DNA from: Vicugna vicugna
Lineage: Eukaryota
Assembly (NCBI GenBank): GCA_013265495.1
Contig: MU058687.1
Span: forward strand, 2,296,001 to 2,360,000
DNA: 64,000 nt
Direction of reading: 5' to 3'
Part shown: one piece after another, positions 36,032 through 48,672 of the stretch
Numbering within the stretch: position 1 is the stretch's first letter
How the letters are laid out: the number at the start of each line of letters is the position of its first letter
Notes under the pieces: model-generated
What the model saw: the letters and a program-made list of their open reading frames with translations, nothing else
What the model was told of the DNA's origin: nothing
Databases searched by the model: none
Program-made: the position numbers and the translations under genes

Positions 36032-37622
36032 GCGATCAGATAAAATTGGGACACTCTGTATCTCTAGTTGTGTCTTAGACCTTCCAGTGCATGTTAGTGT
36101 GTTATTAAAGGTTCTGAGAAGTTCAGCAGTAAAGAAGCCTATTTGACTTGTTCAGTCAAGGGTTTTGCTTATTTATGTGACAATAAATTTTTGTGTGTAT
36201 GTATGTGTTGGGGGAGTGGAGGGAGAGGGTGTAGGGAACAAGCAAGATACCTGTTAAAATCCCATGCAACTGGGTTCTATGGACCAGGCAGTGGGAAACA
36301 CTGTCCTGGAGACATCAGGTGAGACAGCACTGGTCCTCAGAATTTCCTCTATCATAACTCATCCTTGCAAATGCTTGATTTTGGCTTCTTGGACCTCTCT
36401 TCCCTGCTCTCCACTGTGCTGTTGGCAGCGTGAAGGTGTCCTGTCCATGACAGGGGCAACTGTGCATGTTGAAGCTTCCATGCACCATCATAGTCAAACT
36501 GTACATCCAAAAGAGAACTTTCTGAGAGTTCTTAATTAGGCTGCATGTACTGGGTGCTCATTCAGTGCTGAGTTGGTACTAAGTTCTGTATACACACGGT
36601 ATGAGTTAGAAACAGGTACCTCATTTTGCAGATAAATCTGCGCAGAGAGTTTCCATTACTTTCTGGCATGTGGGAAGTCAGGATTTGAACCCAGGCAGGT
36701 GTGCTCCAGAACCATGCCCTTTCCCACCATGCTATCCTGGTTCCCACTCTGTGGCTGGGCATCTTTTAGGGACAAAGGAAGCAGAGGCCTCACGAGGCAT
36801 GTCATTTGAAATCAGTCTATTGATGGCAAAAGGGAAAACTGGGGAGATTAGGGAATGGGAGGAAGAGAATGCCAGTTAGGGAAGAGAGATTTTGTGTGTT
36901 TCTAAAATGTGCACACCTTCCAGAGGGAAAGGCGGCAGAACATCGGCTTAAAATGTCCTGGTCTGTCATCAAACTTGCTGGTGACAGACCCAGCTCAGCT
37001 GTGTTTCACTGGGTGCACAAATGGCCAGGCACCCTCTGAGGTGATCCCTGAGAGCGCCAGATGAGGGCGGAGGTAGTAACAGGCAGCAAGGCCCTGCTAA
37101 CTGGGTCTATAATTGGTGTGGCTTGGGCAAGCTGGGTGCGCCCAAGTATCTGGCGTGCTGTCTGCCTGTCTGCTAAGTGAGCAAGGCAGCTGCACCCACA
37201 GAGGAAGAGTAGTGTGTGTGCACACGCCTGTGACTGTGTCTGTCTTCAGCAGCCAGTGCTCATCAGGGCCTCGCCCCTGCCACAGAGGTGGCCACGGGAG
37301 TGTGTCTGCATCCGTGTGTACACACACCACACGTACATGTGTTCCTGCACCACACAGTACTTTCAAATTATTTGTCTAAAATTCTAGTTTTATCATATTG
37401 TTTATATTATATTATATCCTTATTAATCATGTCACTCCCAATAAAAACTGCCTGAGGTCATAGGCCTCATTTTCACCGCCAGTGTCCAGAACACGGAAGT
37501 ACCCAATAAATATTTTGAAGAAAAGGACAGACTACTAGGTATGATCTTTTAGTGAATGCCCTGAAATTACCTCTTCATATGAATTGCACCGCTTTAGCAG
37601 AACTCCACGGGGAAATGTCTTT

Positions 37623-37891
37623 TAGCTCTCCCAGCCTCTTCCCCTCCTGCTTTCTGTTCCCCTCCCCCTCCCCCTCCTCCCTTCTGTCCTGCCTTCTTCC
37701 TCTCCCTCTCCCCTTCCCTCTCACCTTCCCCACCTCCTCATCCTCCTCTCCTCCCCCATTTTCACTTCCTCCTCCCCTTTCTTCTCCCCTCCCCCTTCTC
37801 CTTCCTTCTGTACCTCCTTTCCCCCTCCTTCCCTTCCTTTCCTTCCCTTCCCCTACTTCTCCTCCCCCCGTCTCTTCTTCTCCCTCCCTCT
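37623..37891. repeat. Long polypyrimidine/polypurine low-complexity tract
   Basis: About 270 bp that is almost entirely C/T on the + strand. Confidence 0.9.
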
Positions 37892-39429
37892 TGCTTGGCA
37901 CCCCCTCCAGACCCCTGGTGCTCAGAGTCATCTCTGGCTCCAGCCCATCCTCTTGAACATCCTTAGTGATGATTTTTTTTTACCTTTTTTTCCTAAGAGA
38001 CAAAAGTTATTTGGAACCAAGCATATGAGCTGGTCTGTTGGCCAAGTTGGTCACTAACCCAGAGATGATAAATGAGGTGTAGTAATCAGACTGATATTTT
38101 TCTGAGTATTAATACTTTTTGGAAGAAGGCCCAATGCCCAGAGGGTGGGATGAACTGCCCTCTAAGTTTCCTTGTGCAGTGGTTTGGGAGTTGGATGCTG
38201 AACTGATGGGCGTGATCAGAAGAGGGTAGAATGTGCCCGGCATCTTTTCCTAGTGAACCTGGGGATGTGGCATCCGTGAACTTCAGCAAACGAATCCAAG
38301 AGGAGAGGGGGAAATGGACAATGCCTAGAATCTCCAAGGGCCTGCTGTGATCGGATTGGTAAACCAAGGTTAATTTAGCCTCCTACTCTGCCAAGCCTTC
38401 CCTCTGCCTTCCTCTTGTCACCGTGGCACCTTGGAAGACACTCCCCCCACTCGATTTCCTCACTCCTGTGCTTGCATCTTACTCCACTCTGTGCTCATTA
38501 CCTGCCGGGAGAGCCAGGCCCTTCCCTGTGGTCAGTGGAACCTTTGTCCCTGCTGCTGCCCTCATAGCTTAGCCCAGAGCCTTGCACGCTCTCAGCCAAG
38601 GCTGTTTTAAGATCTTCACAAATCCATATCAAAGCATCCATACTAAATGCCTCATTAATATAATTTTTATTGTAAAAAAGATTTGGAAAGTTTAAAAACC
38701 ATTTAGAATTTTGGGGATGCAAATAACTCATTGAGTTTACAATAGGCTCTGATTTCTTGGAAATTATTAAACCAACTCAGAAACTCTTACTGAAAAAAAA
38801 TTTAATCTACCAATTATCTTTAGATGTGATGAAACATTTATGAATATACCATTAACAGGGCAAGTTGACATCAAGTTATGCTTTGTGGACATTTAATTAA
38901 ACATTAAAACTTCTTTGATTTTGTATTGTTTTCCTTTTTTATATTTGAGAATTAATAATATTTTGCATATTTCAAACACTTAAAGGTCTCTGAAAAAATT
39001 CATAGGCCAGAGGCTATGTGTATACAGAGCTGAGTGGACAAACTGACCCTGTTCGGCCCTTGGTAGTTACAGGGTAGGGAAGGGGCAGGAGGGGGAGGTA
39101 AAGGAGGGGGACATGATGGCTGGAGAAGTCCAGGGTCTCAGAGCCAGCTGGGTGGTGGGTGGAGCTGAGGCTAGGATCAGAGCTGTATTCTGGAATCTTC
39201 TCTGATGTTTAGCTGATTTCATCTGTAAAAGGGCTTTAAAACCTTGTTCTGTTGCCTGGAGTGCCTCTCTTCTAACTCTCCAGATCCCCGTTTAGCTCCT
39301 TCCCTCTCTTCATTCAAGACGACTCAAAGTCATCTTAGTCAAAGTGGCACCTCATCCTCCTCCAAAACATGATGCAGTGGTTAACCATTAATACTATGAA
39401 GACAAATAAATCAGGACAAGGAAGTAGGG

Positions 39430-39605
39430 AGTGTCCCCTGTCATGTATTAGTTTATTTGCTTGCATGCGGTCTGTCTGGACCCTCTTCCTCAGTGGGATT
39501 ATGTTCTGTTCACGGCAGCGTCTCCAGCACCTTGGACAGTGCCTGGCACCTATTATCTCAAACAGAGTAAATAATTGTTGGTTCCAGTAAATGAGCAAAT
39601 GACTA
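39430..39605 (+). mobile_element. LINE-2 3' fragment
   Basis: tgttctgttcacggcagcgtctccagcaccttggacagtgcctggcac...taaataattgttgg...aatgagcaaatga. Confidence 0.6.
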
Positions 39606-41265
39606 ACCTTTGTCTGCCTTCCCTCAATGGGTGTTGGGAGAATCAGGTGAGGAGAGATTCACTCTTCAAATGATAAACTAATGTGCCAGGGGCCCCAGGA
39701 GTCAAAACACGTTTTCTGTTTGCAGAGGGTTTTGCAGAGGGTTTTCCAGGTGTTCACGACGTGGCTCACAGAACAGTGGCTCTCAATCAGTATCAGGTGA
39801 CACTGATGCTGTGGGTCACCAGACTGCACTGGGAGAAGCCCTTACAGAGATACCAGTTGTAACTTTTGCTTCATTTTGCAGATCAAGATGAGAACCTAGA
39901 GCCCCTGGCTCTCTCAGGCTGGAATGCAGTCTGACCCTTGATCCCATGGTTCCAAAGTTGGTGGCAGGTGGAGATGGGGGGCTTCCCTTCTTGGGAGCCC
40001 AGGAGCCTGCACCATGACTCTGGTTTTGGTACCCCTTGGCACTGGAGTTCTAGTCTTCACACTTCTTCTTTTTAGATGGGAGGATTTGAGAGCTGCCAGC
40101 CACACAGACTGTTCAGGGTGCACACCAGGTCCTGCAGGGCCAGCTGGGCCATGTGACCTGGTTCACACTCAGCCTGAAGCCTTCATTGTGAGTATTGATG
40201 GGAGCTGTGCTGTCTTGGAAGAGCAGGTCTGGGTGCCTCCAGGAGGGCAAGTTACTACCTGACGACCTTGGCATGGGGCACAGAGTTTCTGGCAGCCCAA
40301 AGCTAGTGAGCCAAGTGTGGATGGACGCAGCCAGTTCACTGCTTCTCCAAAGCAAGACAGATCCTCCCAGCCTGACCTGCTATACAAAGGGCCTGTGAAC
40401 AACTCTGGTGCAGCCCCTGGCTGGGTGGCTATTGATGCTGGACTGTGGGTCCTGGCTGCTGAGCCCCTGACAGACACCAGGCAGCACCTAGCATGCGGGT
40501 CACATATACTGTTATGTCTGCAGAGCAGAGTCGGTACCCTTGAATCATGAGACAGGTTTGAGGGGCCATCAGGCCTTGGCCCCAAAAGAGTGCAAAAAAC
40601 CAGGTGGCAGTTACCTTACTTGAGTCATCTGGCCTCATTCATTGGTTCATTCTCTTGTTCATTCCATAAAAATGTATTAGGCACCTTCTTTGAAGACACA
40701 TTGATGAATAAGACAATCCCTGTCCTCAAGGAACTTAACCAATAAATGATGCCTCAAAGCACAAGCATTTACAGAGCAGCTGCTGGATGCACAGTGCTGC
40801 ACACAGTAGGCACCCAGCCACGTGCTGGGGGAACATTGAGAAGGGAGTGAGAACAATGCCAGGGAAGACTTCTTCATGAAGGCAGAGGAAAAAGGCATTC
40901 CATATAAAGATGTGAGAGTTGTAAAATATTTGGAGACGGTGAAGAAATTTGGCGTGAGTAGCAGTGTAGAGAAGAGAAGTAAGAGCTAACTTTTGTTTAG
41001 CAAGGAGTCCCAACCAGGCAATGTTCTGAGCATGCTGCACATCTCTTTAACCCTTGGAGTGGTGACCACTCCTGTTATACAGTTGCATAGCCTGAGACCC
41101 AGAGAATTAATGCTCCAGGCCGTGCAGGTAGTAAGTGATAGAACCAGGTGTTAAACCATTCACCAATTGGCACTTAATCAATCTGACCCTTGATTTCTCC
41201 ATCTGTAAAGTGGGATTCTCAGGCTTCCCTTACAGATTTCTTGGAGAGAATAAGAAAGCTATGCA

Positions 41266-41435
41266 GGACTTAAATGTCCATCAACAGATGAATGTATAAA
41301 GAAGATGTGGTTTTATATATATATAAATATATATATACAAACACACACACACACACATATATACACATACACACACCACATATATATATACACATATACA
41401 TAGACATATATAATATATACATACAAATATATATA

Positions 41436-41468
<33 letters not shown>

Positions 41469-41871
41469 ATGGAATACTACTCAGCCATAAAAAAGAAATA
41501 ATGACATTTGCAGCAAAATGAATGGACCTAGAGATTGTCTTACTAAGTGACGTAAATCAGTGAGAGAAAGAAAAATATCATTTGATGTCACTTATATGTG
41601 GAATCTGAAAAAAATGACACAAATAAACTTATTTTCAAAACAGAAACAGACTCACAGACATAGAAAACAAAGTTATGGTTGCCAAAGGAGAAAGTGGCGG
41701 GGGGGATAAATTAGGGGTTTGGGATTAGCACATACAAATTATTATACACAAAACAGATAAACAACAAGGACCTATTGTATAGCACAAGGAACTATATTTA
41801 GTAGCTTGTAATAACCTATAATGAAAAAAATGTGAAAAAGAATATATATGTGTGTAACACTGAAAAAAGAA
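41266..41871 (+). mobile_element. 5'-truncated LINE-1 3' end inserted in a MIR, with an internal TA/CA microsatellite expansion (41304-41468)
   Basis: aaatgtccatcaacagatgaatg...acaatggaatactactcagccataaaaaag...gtcacttatatgtggaatct...A-rich tail. Degenerate TSD aagaaagctatgca (41252-41265) / aagaaagccctgca (41872-41885). Confidence 0.9.
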
Positions 41872-42722
41872 AAGAAAGCCCTGCATGAACGCACATGGAA
41901 AATCTGTGAAAAGATACAGGATTCATAAAACACTTGGTAGCACTGGTTACCATGGGGAGGCTGTCTGTGGGACCAAGAATTAGGAGAGAGAGCATAAGGT
42001 ACCAGTCACTGGATCACTTACTGGGCCTCCAGTGTGTAAAGGTTAAATGACAAGGAACTTCAAGAGCAAGGAGCTGGGGTGGGGGTCCAGTCTGAAAGGA
42101 GAAAGAGAAGCTGAGGCTGGTGTTCCTGGAGCAGGGATGGCAGCTGTCGGTAGTGGACAACCCCGGCCTCCGCTACACTCCCAGACCTCGCTCTTTGAGG
42201 GGAAGGACACTGTGGCGACAGGCCTCCTCCTTCATACACTATGTATATTTTATCTCTGCAGATTTCTTGCAGGCTTGGTTTAAAGATCTCAGCTCAATAC
42301 CATTAGTGTATATCTGCAGAGCGCCCTTTGTAAAATTGATTAGAAAGTGGGCTTTTGCATGTAGGGGCGGGGGGCAGGATGGGACCTAATCGGATTTGAG
42401 CACTAGATGGTATCTAATTCCTTGCATCTAGCAACTGGCTTGGGGACCTCCCTTTGAGCCAGAGCCCCTAATTTGGTTTGCGAATACATTAGCCAAACAA
42501 GCTGGAGAAGAGGGGCTCTTTTGGGGAGAGGGTTTTGGGGGGATGGGGCCAGGACATCGTGGGAAGGGTGAGGAAATGGAGAATGGGGTGCTTTCAGCAC
42601 AGGCTCTGGGGGTAGCTGGACCCAGGATTACCAAGGATGTGCATTTCTGATGGTTTTACCCAGTCCAGGAGGATGAAGAAAACTTTTAAAGAGACTTGTA
42701 TTGCTTGCCATTTACTGAGCCC

Positions 42723-42748
42723 ATATATATATATATATATATATATAT
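42723..42748. repeat. (AT)13 microsatellite
   Basis: Directly visible. Confidence 0.95.
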
Positions 42749-45189
42749 CTTTTTCACTTTTCAATTTTTTAAGTAATATTTACATGTCTAACAAAAAGAG
42801 TCAAACAGTTTTAGAGTCTAGGCTGGTAAATTATTCTTTCTCCCCTAGTCCTTGGTCCCATAGACAGCTTCCCCAAAGTAACCACTGTTACCAAGTTTTG
42901 TGTGAATTTTGTGTCTTTTCCCAGATTTTCCATGTGCACACACAGCTTTCTTAATCCCTCCAAGAAACCTACAAAGGAAGCCTGGGTGTCCCATTTTCCA
43001 GATGGAGAAATTGAGGCTCAGATTGGTAAAGTGCCAGTTGGTAAGTGGCAGGGCTGGGATCCAAGTTGTCAGTGATATGGCTTTAAATCCTGGGGTCTTT
43101 TCACAGGATCATGTACCCTGAAAATACAGGGGACTGTTCAAAGCTGAAGTCTTGGATTTTTACTTCTCCAACTTTCTTCTTGGGTTCACTCATGCACTAT
43201 CATTTTGCCCAATTGTACCAAAATACCCCCAAAACAGGGTGGAAACTTGCAAGGGCATCTTGGTTGGAGACTCCTTTAATTTGACAGCCCTTCGGGAGAG
43301 GGCACTGAGTCCTTGTCTGCTTTGTTAGGATCTTGTGGGCAATCTCCTCTGTCCACTTCCCTTCCAGGCACTTGTGTGTGTGTGTGGGTGGGTGGGGTAG
43401 GGGGCAGGAGGGAGGTGTGTGTGAATAACAGTGTGTGCAGCAAAATAAGTGTGGCATCAGAATCTAGGGTCAGTGCCCTGCTTATTACAGGTGGTAACAG
43501 AACCAGCCTCATAAGGTTCCTGGGAGGTCTGAATAATAGGATGGCACAGCACCTGGCCCATGGTAAGCTCTCAATAAATATTAGCAATTATTAATAATAC
43601 TAGCAAGGTAGCCTTTAATATACTGCTCATCTACTCTGTACAAGTTACCCCTACCAGAATGAAAGAATAGTATTGTTCTTACATTATTATACTATGATTT
43701 ACTATTATTTAATAGCTAATATTATTCAAAATACAATTCCATTTACATAATAGAGTTGTTTTCAACAAATTGGTATAATGACAGGCATACAAGAAACTCT
43801 CAATAAATGTGATTTTTCATTTTTGTTCCATTCCCTTTACCAGCTTTAAATCAAGCTCTTGGTTTTCTTTTATCTCCATTCTGAATCTAATTTCTGTAAA
43901 ATGAACCAATTTTCATTTTTACTCAATATTTATTGAGCACTAGCTGTTTACTTGGCACTCTGCTACATGCTGGGGGCACAAAAACAAATACAGGTAGTGG
44001 ACCCTACCCTCAAGGGGCTGATAATCAAATAAGGGAGACTGAGAACAGGGGCACCAACTACAGTCCAAGCTGTGTGGGGGGGCTGGGGAGAGTGGGGGAA
44101 GGGGTGAGGGTAAAGGGATAGGCTGCTTCTCCCCACATGGAAGGGTTTGCAGGGACCCGAAGACCTCAGCCCTGATGCTGTACTGTAAAAGTCTGAATTA
44201 TGTAACAGCTGGATTACCCAGTGATTATTAGCTTTGCTTAAAGATTTTCCGCTTACACGAGGATTAGCTGTGGGGTTCCTTTAAATAGCTGGTTTTGCTA
44301 ATGCATTTGTACTGCAGAGAAAGAGGGGGTGAGAAAAAAGGGGACAGGACTATGAAGCAGAAGGCCTGAGCTCTAAGCCCAGTGTGTGATGGTCATTTTA
44401 CCTCTTGGAGCCTCAGTTTTCTTTTCGAAAGTAGAAGTGACCTCCCTGCCCAGTCCCACAGTGCAGGCAGGAGGACCTGAACGCTGTGTAAATGACCTAG
44501 GCGGCCGCCGCTCCAGCTGCATGTGCATTGGGCTGGGCAGACCCGCCTCACAGAGCAGGTGTGATGCATCAGCCCAGCTGATGCTCCCAGATCCCCGCAG
44601 CCTCCCTGCAAAGTTCGAGAGTCTAAACAAATGCCCTAATGTAGCACCCGGGGATTTTCTGGAATGAACCCTTGCCCACCTCTCCTTCCAGATCTCCTGC
44701 CATGTCCTCATTTGTCCCACTGCCACATACCTTTGTCCCAGACAGCCCAGGACACTTTGGATTCCAATTCCCCAGATGCATACTGCCTGCCATTCCTATC
44801 TGTGATTTGCACATGGTGGTCCCGTTGCCTAGAGACCATGCCAAACTCACTTTCTTTATTGGTCTGGCTAACACCTTACCTGTCCTTCAAGACAGCCTAG
44901 AGGACATCTCCTCCAAGAAGACTTCCCTGACTCCCTTCCTCTCTGCTTCTTGGGTCTGTGCAGATGTGTGTGTGTGACTCTATCATAACACTGTTGGACA
45001 CTTTATTGTCAGTGTTTACTTGTTTGTATCTGCTATAAGGTGCCAAGCTTAGGGGTAGGGTCCTTGTTGGGTTTGACTCAGTACATGTGTAGTAAATGAT
45101 ATTAAATAAATGAGTGGCAACTACATTTTATATAAGGTCAGGCACAGGAAGCAACTCCACTCCCCCAGGAACCACACAGCATGTCCTTA

Positions 45190-45380
45190 AGAGCCAAACC
45201 CTGGTGTTAGGTCACAGGAGTCCAAATGCATCCTGGCTCTACGCCAGTTGTGTGACCAAATTACTTAGCCCCTCAGTTTCCCCATCTTTAAAATGGGATT
45301 GTAGTAGTTCTGACCTCTTAGGGTTGCTACAAAGATGGATTAAGTGCTGCACTTAGAACAGTGCCTGGACCTTGTTCAGT
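45190..45380 (+). mobile_element. MIR SINE
   Basis: tgtgtgaccaaattacttagcccctcagtttccccatctttaaaatgggattgtagtag...cacttagaacagtgcctgg. Confidence 0.75.
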
Positions 45381-47813
45381 GCAGGGAGGTGAATTTCTCG
45401 ATGGAGGGCCCTGGAGTCCTGCCCCTGCAGATCCTCCCGGGCCCCTGGCGCACCCCCCATCCCCAGGCTGCTGAGCTGGCTGTTTCTCTCTCTTGCCCCG
45501 CTCTGGTGAACTTTCTCACTTCTCTACCCACTCCAACCAGTCAGCACAGAAGTAATCCAATTTTACTTGATTATTAGTCATTCCTTTCTGCTGCTGTTTT
45601 TGTTTTTTACTTTTTTTTAAAGTATTCTAGATTTAATTGAGTTGATTGATTAGCACAATCACTGATCGGAAGGAGACACTCTGTAACCCTCTCCTCCCCT
45701 AGCCTGTACCTTCCCCCAGAGAGGACCTGAGCTGACTGCTGTGGTCAGGCACTCCTGCCTCAGTCGCATGGCTTGGTGGGCTGGGAGTTAGGCACCTGGC
45801 CCCAACTGGCTGAGTGACCTGGGCAAGTTCTTTATCCTCTCTGAGCCTGAGTTTCTTCTTCTGTAAAAAAAAAAAAAAAAGGATCAAGCTAAATGAACCT
45901 TCTGATCCCTTCCTGCCCTAAAATTCTATGAAAACTCTACATCTAAGTACCACCATCCCCCACCCCTGCTTTGACCTGTGAATCATTCATTCATTCATTC
46001 AGCATCACTGAGAGCCTGTGCCCAGCGCTCAGCCAGGTGGGATCCAGATGTGAATGAGACCAGGGCCCTGCCTTCCAGGAGCTGGGGTAGGGAGAGACTG
46101 ACAAGCAGCAGGCTCCAGCATTTATAACTTAACATGTGTTCTAAGTTCAACAGGGTTTCAAGGGGAGTCCCTAACTCTAGAAAGTTGTAGAGAAGGTGAC
46201 ATCAGTAAAACAAAACAAAACAGAACAGACAGTGGTGGGGGGAAGTGACCTTTATGGAGATCCACCCCTATGTGCCAAGTACTGTGCTGAAGCACTGTCT
46301 CCTTGTTTTCTCTGTAATGCTCACAGCCACCTTCTGACTAAGGGAATGTGACAGCAATTTTATGGATGAAACACGTGAAGCTCAGAGAAGCTAAGTGGCT
46401 TGCCTAAAGCCACTCAGCAAGGAAATGAGGTCTGAATAGTATCAAAGCTTGTCCCCTTCAGTTTCCCACCATGGTACAATGTTCAATAATTTCAGAAAGG
46501 TTTTTTTTTTTTAAGTTCAGCTAATTTCCCCCAAATCTCCCTTCTCTTTTCATTTTTGCACGTTTTCTTCCACACATACCCTTTTCATATTGTGACGTCG
46601 GAAAGGCAGCCAGGGCTAGGTCAGGTATTTTGCTTTTCATTTCTAAACTCTCTGTTTCCACCTGGAATCGTGATGGTGAGAGGCTGTGAAATGTTGAGAT
46701 CAAGCTCGGAACTCAGGAGTCAGAAGGGCCTGGGTTCACATCCTGGCTGTGCCCCCGACCCACGATGTGACATTGACTGAGGAACCCCTACATCCTCAGT
46801 TGCTCCCCCTTACAGTTGGGGTGAGGCTGCCTCCCTCAGGGGCCTGGTGAGGGTTAACTGGGTGGATGTGGAAGTGCTCAGAAATTCAGGTTTCATTTTT
46901 GGTGGATACCTCTGGGGACTGATTGTCCTGAAGACCTTGTTCATTTCTTCTGCGTGAGCCAGGGTTGTGCAATGCCAGAGTGAGGTTGGCAGGAAGGGTG
47001 TGACAACTTTGCAAGAAGCTGACACTTTCAAAGCTTTGGAAAATCAGATCCTAATTTGATTCCCACCGTTAACTCCATGAGATAGTGAGATGGGTGAGCC
47101 CTGTATTAGAGAGGAAGAAACTGAGGCTCAGAGACAGTCAAGAACCTGCTGAGGGTCATGGAAGAAGGAAGGGTCAGGGCTGAGACTTGAGCTTGGCCTG
47201 GGAGAGCTGGATTTGGTGCTCCTCCCACTGCAGCCTGGCCTGAGCTGGCCGGTGCTTGGGGCGGGCAGCTCTGGGGTGGATGTGGGTGCAGAAGCCCTGC
47301 TCCCCTGATCCTGGGCTGGAGCAGGTCAGAGGGGCCCATGGACGCATCAGGGCCAGAGTCTGGAGAGTTATGGATTCCCAGTCTATAGACATCATGTTGA
47401 TGCCAGACATTGTATGACAGGGAGTGTTTCATTTTGTAATGTGGATTTTCTTTTTACTTTAGGTGATTTTACTTTTAACCCTTGAATCACCTGTGAAATT
47501 GGGATGAGCAAAAAGCTGGTGACTGGGGGCCAGCTCCCCAGGGAAATCTTGGGACCAGTGCGCTGCTTCCTTCCAGAGAGCCCACTGTGCCACCTCCTGT
47601 GTCGTGTGTCTTCAGGCCATGCTGGCAGCTGGCTTGGGGCATTTTATCTCAAGGACATGCAGCCTTGGAGCTGGGACAGAAGCCTTGTCAGTTTAGTCAC
47701 TGGGCTCTTTCTACCAGGCATAATAAGAACGCAGAAGACTCTTGTGCTGTTTATTATTTTTGTAAAAACCTGAAATGTAAACTACAAGATTGCAATTCTT
47801 CTTGAAAGAGGAG

Positions 47814-47814
<1 letters not shown>

Positions 47815-47848
<34 letters not shown>
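47815..47848. repeat. (TG)17 microsatellite
   Basis: Directly visible. Confidence 0.95.
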
Positions 47849-47851
<3 letters not shown>

Positions 47852-48306
47852 ACACTTTGAGGACAAAGAACAAAGGAATGTTGGCATTTAGGCCAAATAG
47901 CCAAAATTTATCCTCAATTCCAAGGCACACAGAAGGTGGGGGGTAAGCAATCCTTTCCAAGAGGGCCTCTGGGGTCTGTGGCTGCCATTCCCTTGACATT
48001 TTGTGTCTCCATTCCAACCACTTTGAACTTTATATATTCAGGGCTCACAGGCCATCCCTACCCACTCATAGCTCAGCACAAGGATGACATGGCCTGGGCA
48101 ATTCTTCTGATTTTGAGTGCCAGGTCTTCTGCACATACCCCGTCACCATGGAGTGCCCAGCTTTCCAGATCTCTGAGCAGCCTATTGTCTCACTGAGCAG
48201 GCTGAGGGTTCACCTGCCCCAGCAGGATTTTGGTCCTCGTGGTTGGCCTTGGGACATGGGTCTCTTTACCTGGGTCGTCCAGATCAGTGTCCTTGCTCAG
48301 ACCTGC

Positions 48307-48672
48307 TGTCTTAGTCTATTCAGGAAGCCATAACAAAATGCCATAGACTGGACGGCTTATAAACAACAGAAATTTACTTCTCACAGTTCCGGAGCCTGGC
48401 AAGTCCAAGATCAAGGTGCTGGCGGGTTCAGCATCTGGTGAGGGGCCACTTCCTCGTTCATAGACAGCTGTCTTTTCACTGTGTCCTCATGTGGTGGAGG
48501 GAGCAAGGGAGAGTTCTGGGGTGTCTTATCAGGGCACTGATCCCATTCATGACGGCTCCACCCTTACGACCCAGTCACCTCCCATAGCCTCCCCCCACAA
48601 TATTATCACATTGGGGGTTAGGTTTCAACATGGAAATTTTGGGGAGAGGACATGCACATTTGGTCTATGGCA
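48307..48672 (-). mobile_element. MaLR solo LTR (MLT1A-like)
   Basis: tgtcttagtc...ataacaaaatgccatagactgg...aaacaacagaaattta...tctcacagttccgga...aagtccaagatcaaggtgctggc...tatggca. TG/CA ends; 5-bp TSD CCTGC/CCTAC at 48302-48306 and 48673-48677. Confidence 0.9.

Noticed and set aside
37552..37956. Pro/Ser/Leu-rich and Gly/Glu/Arg-rich ORFs
   Set aside because: Artefacts of the polypyrimidine tract.
39719..39742. 12-bp tandem repeat TTTGCAGAGGGT x2
   Set aside because: Ordinary slippage-scale duplication with no sign of function.
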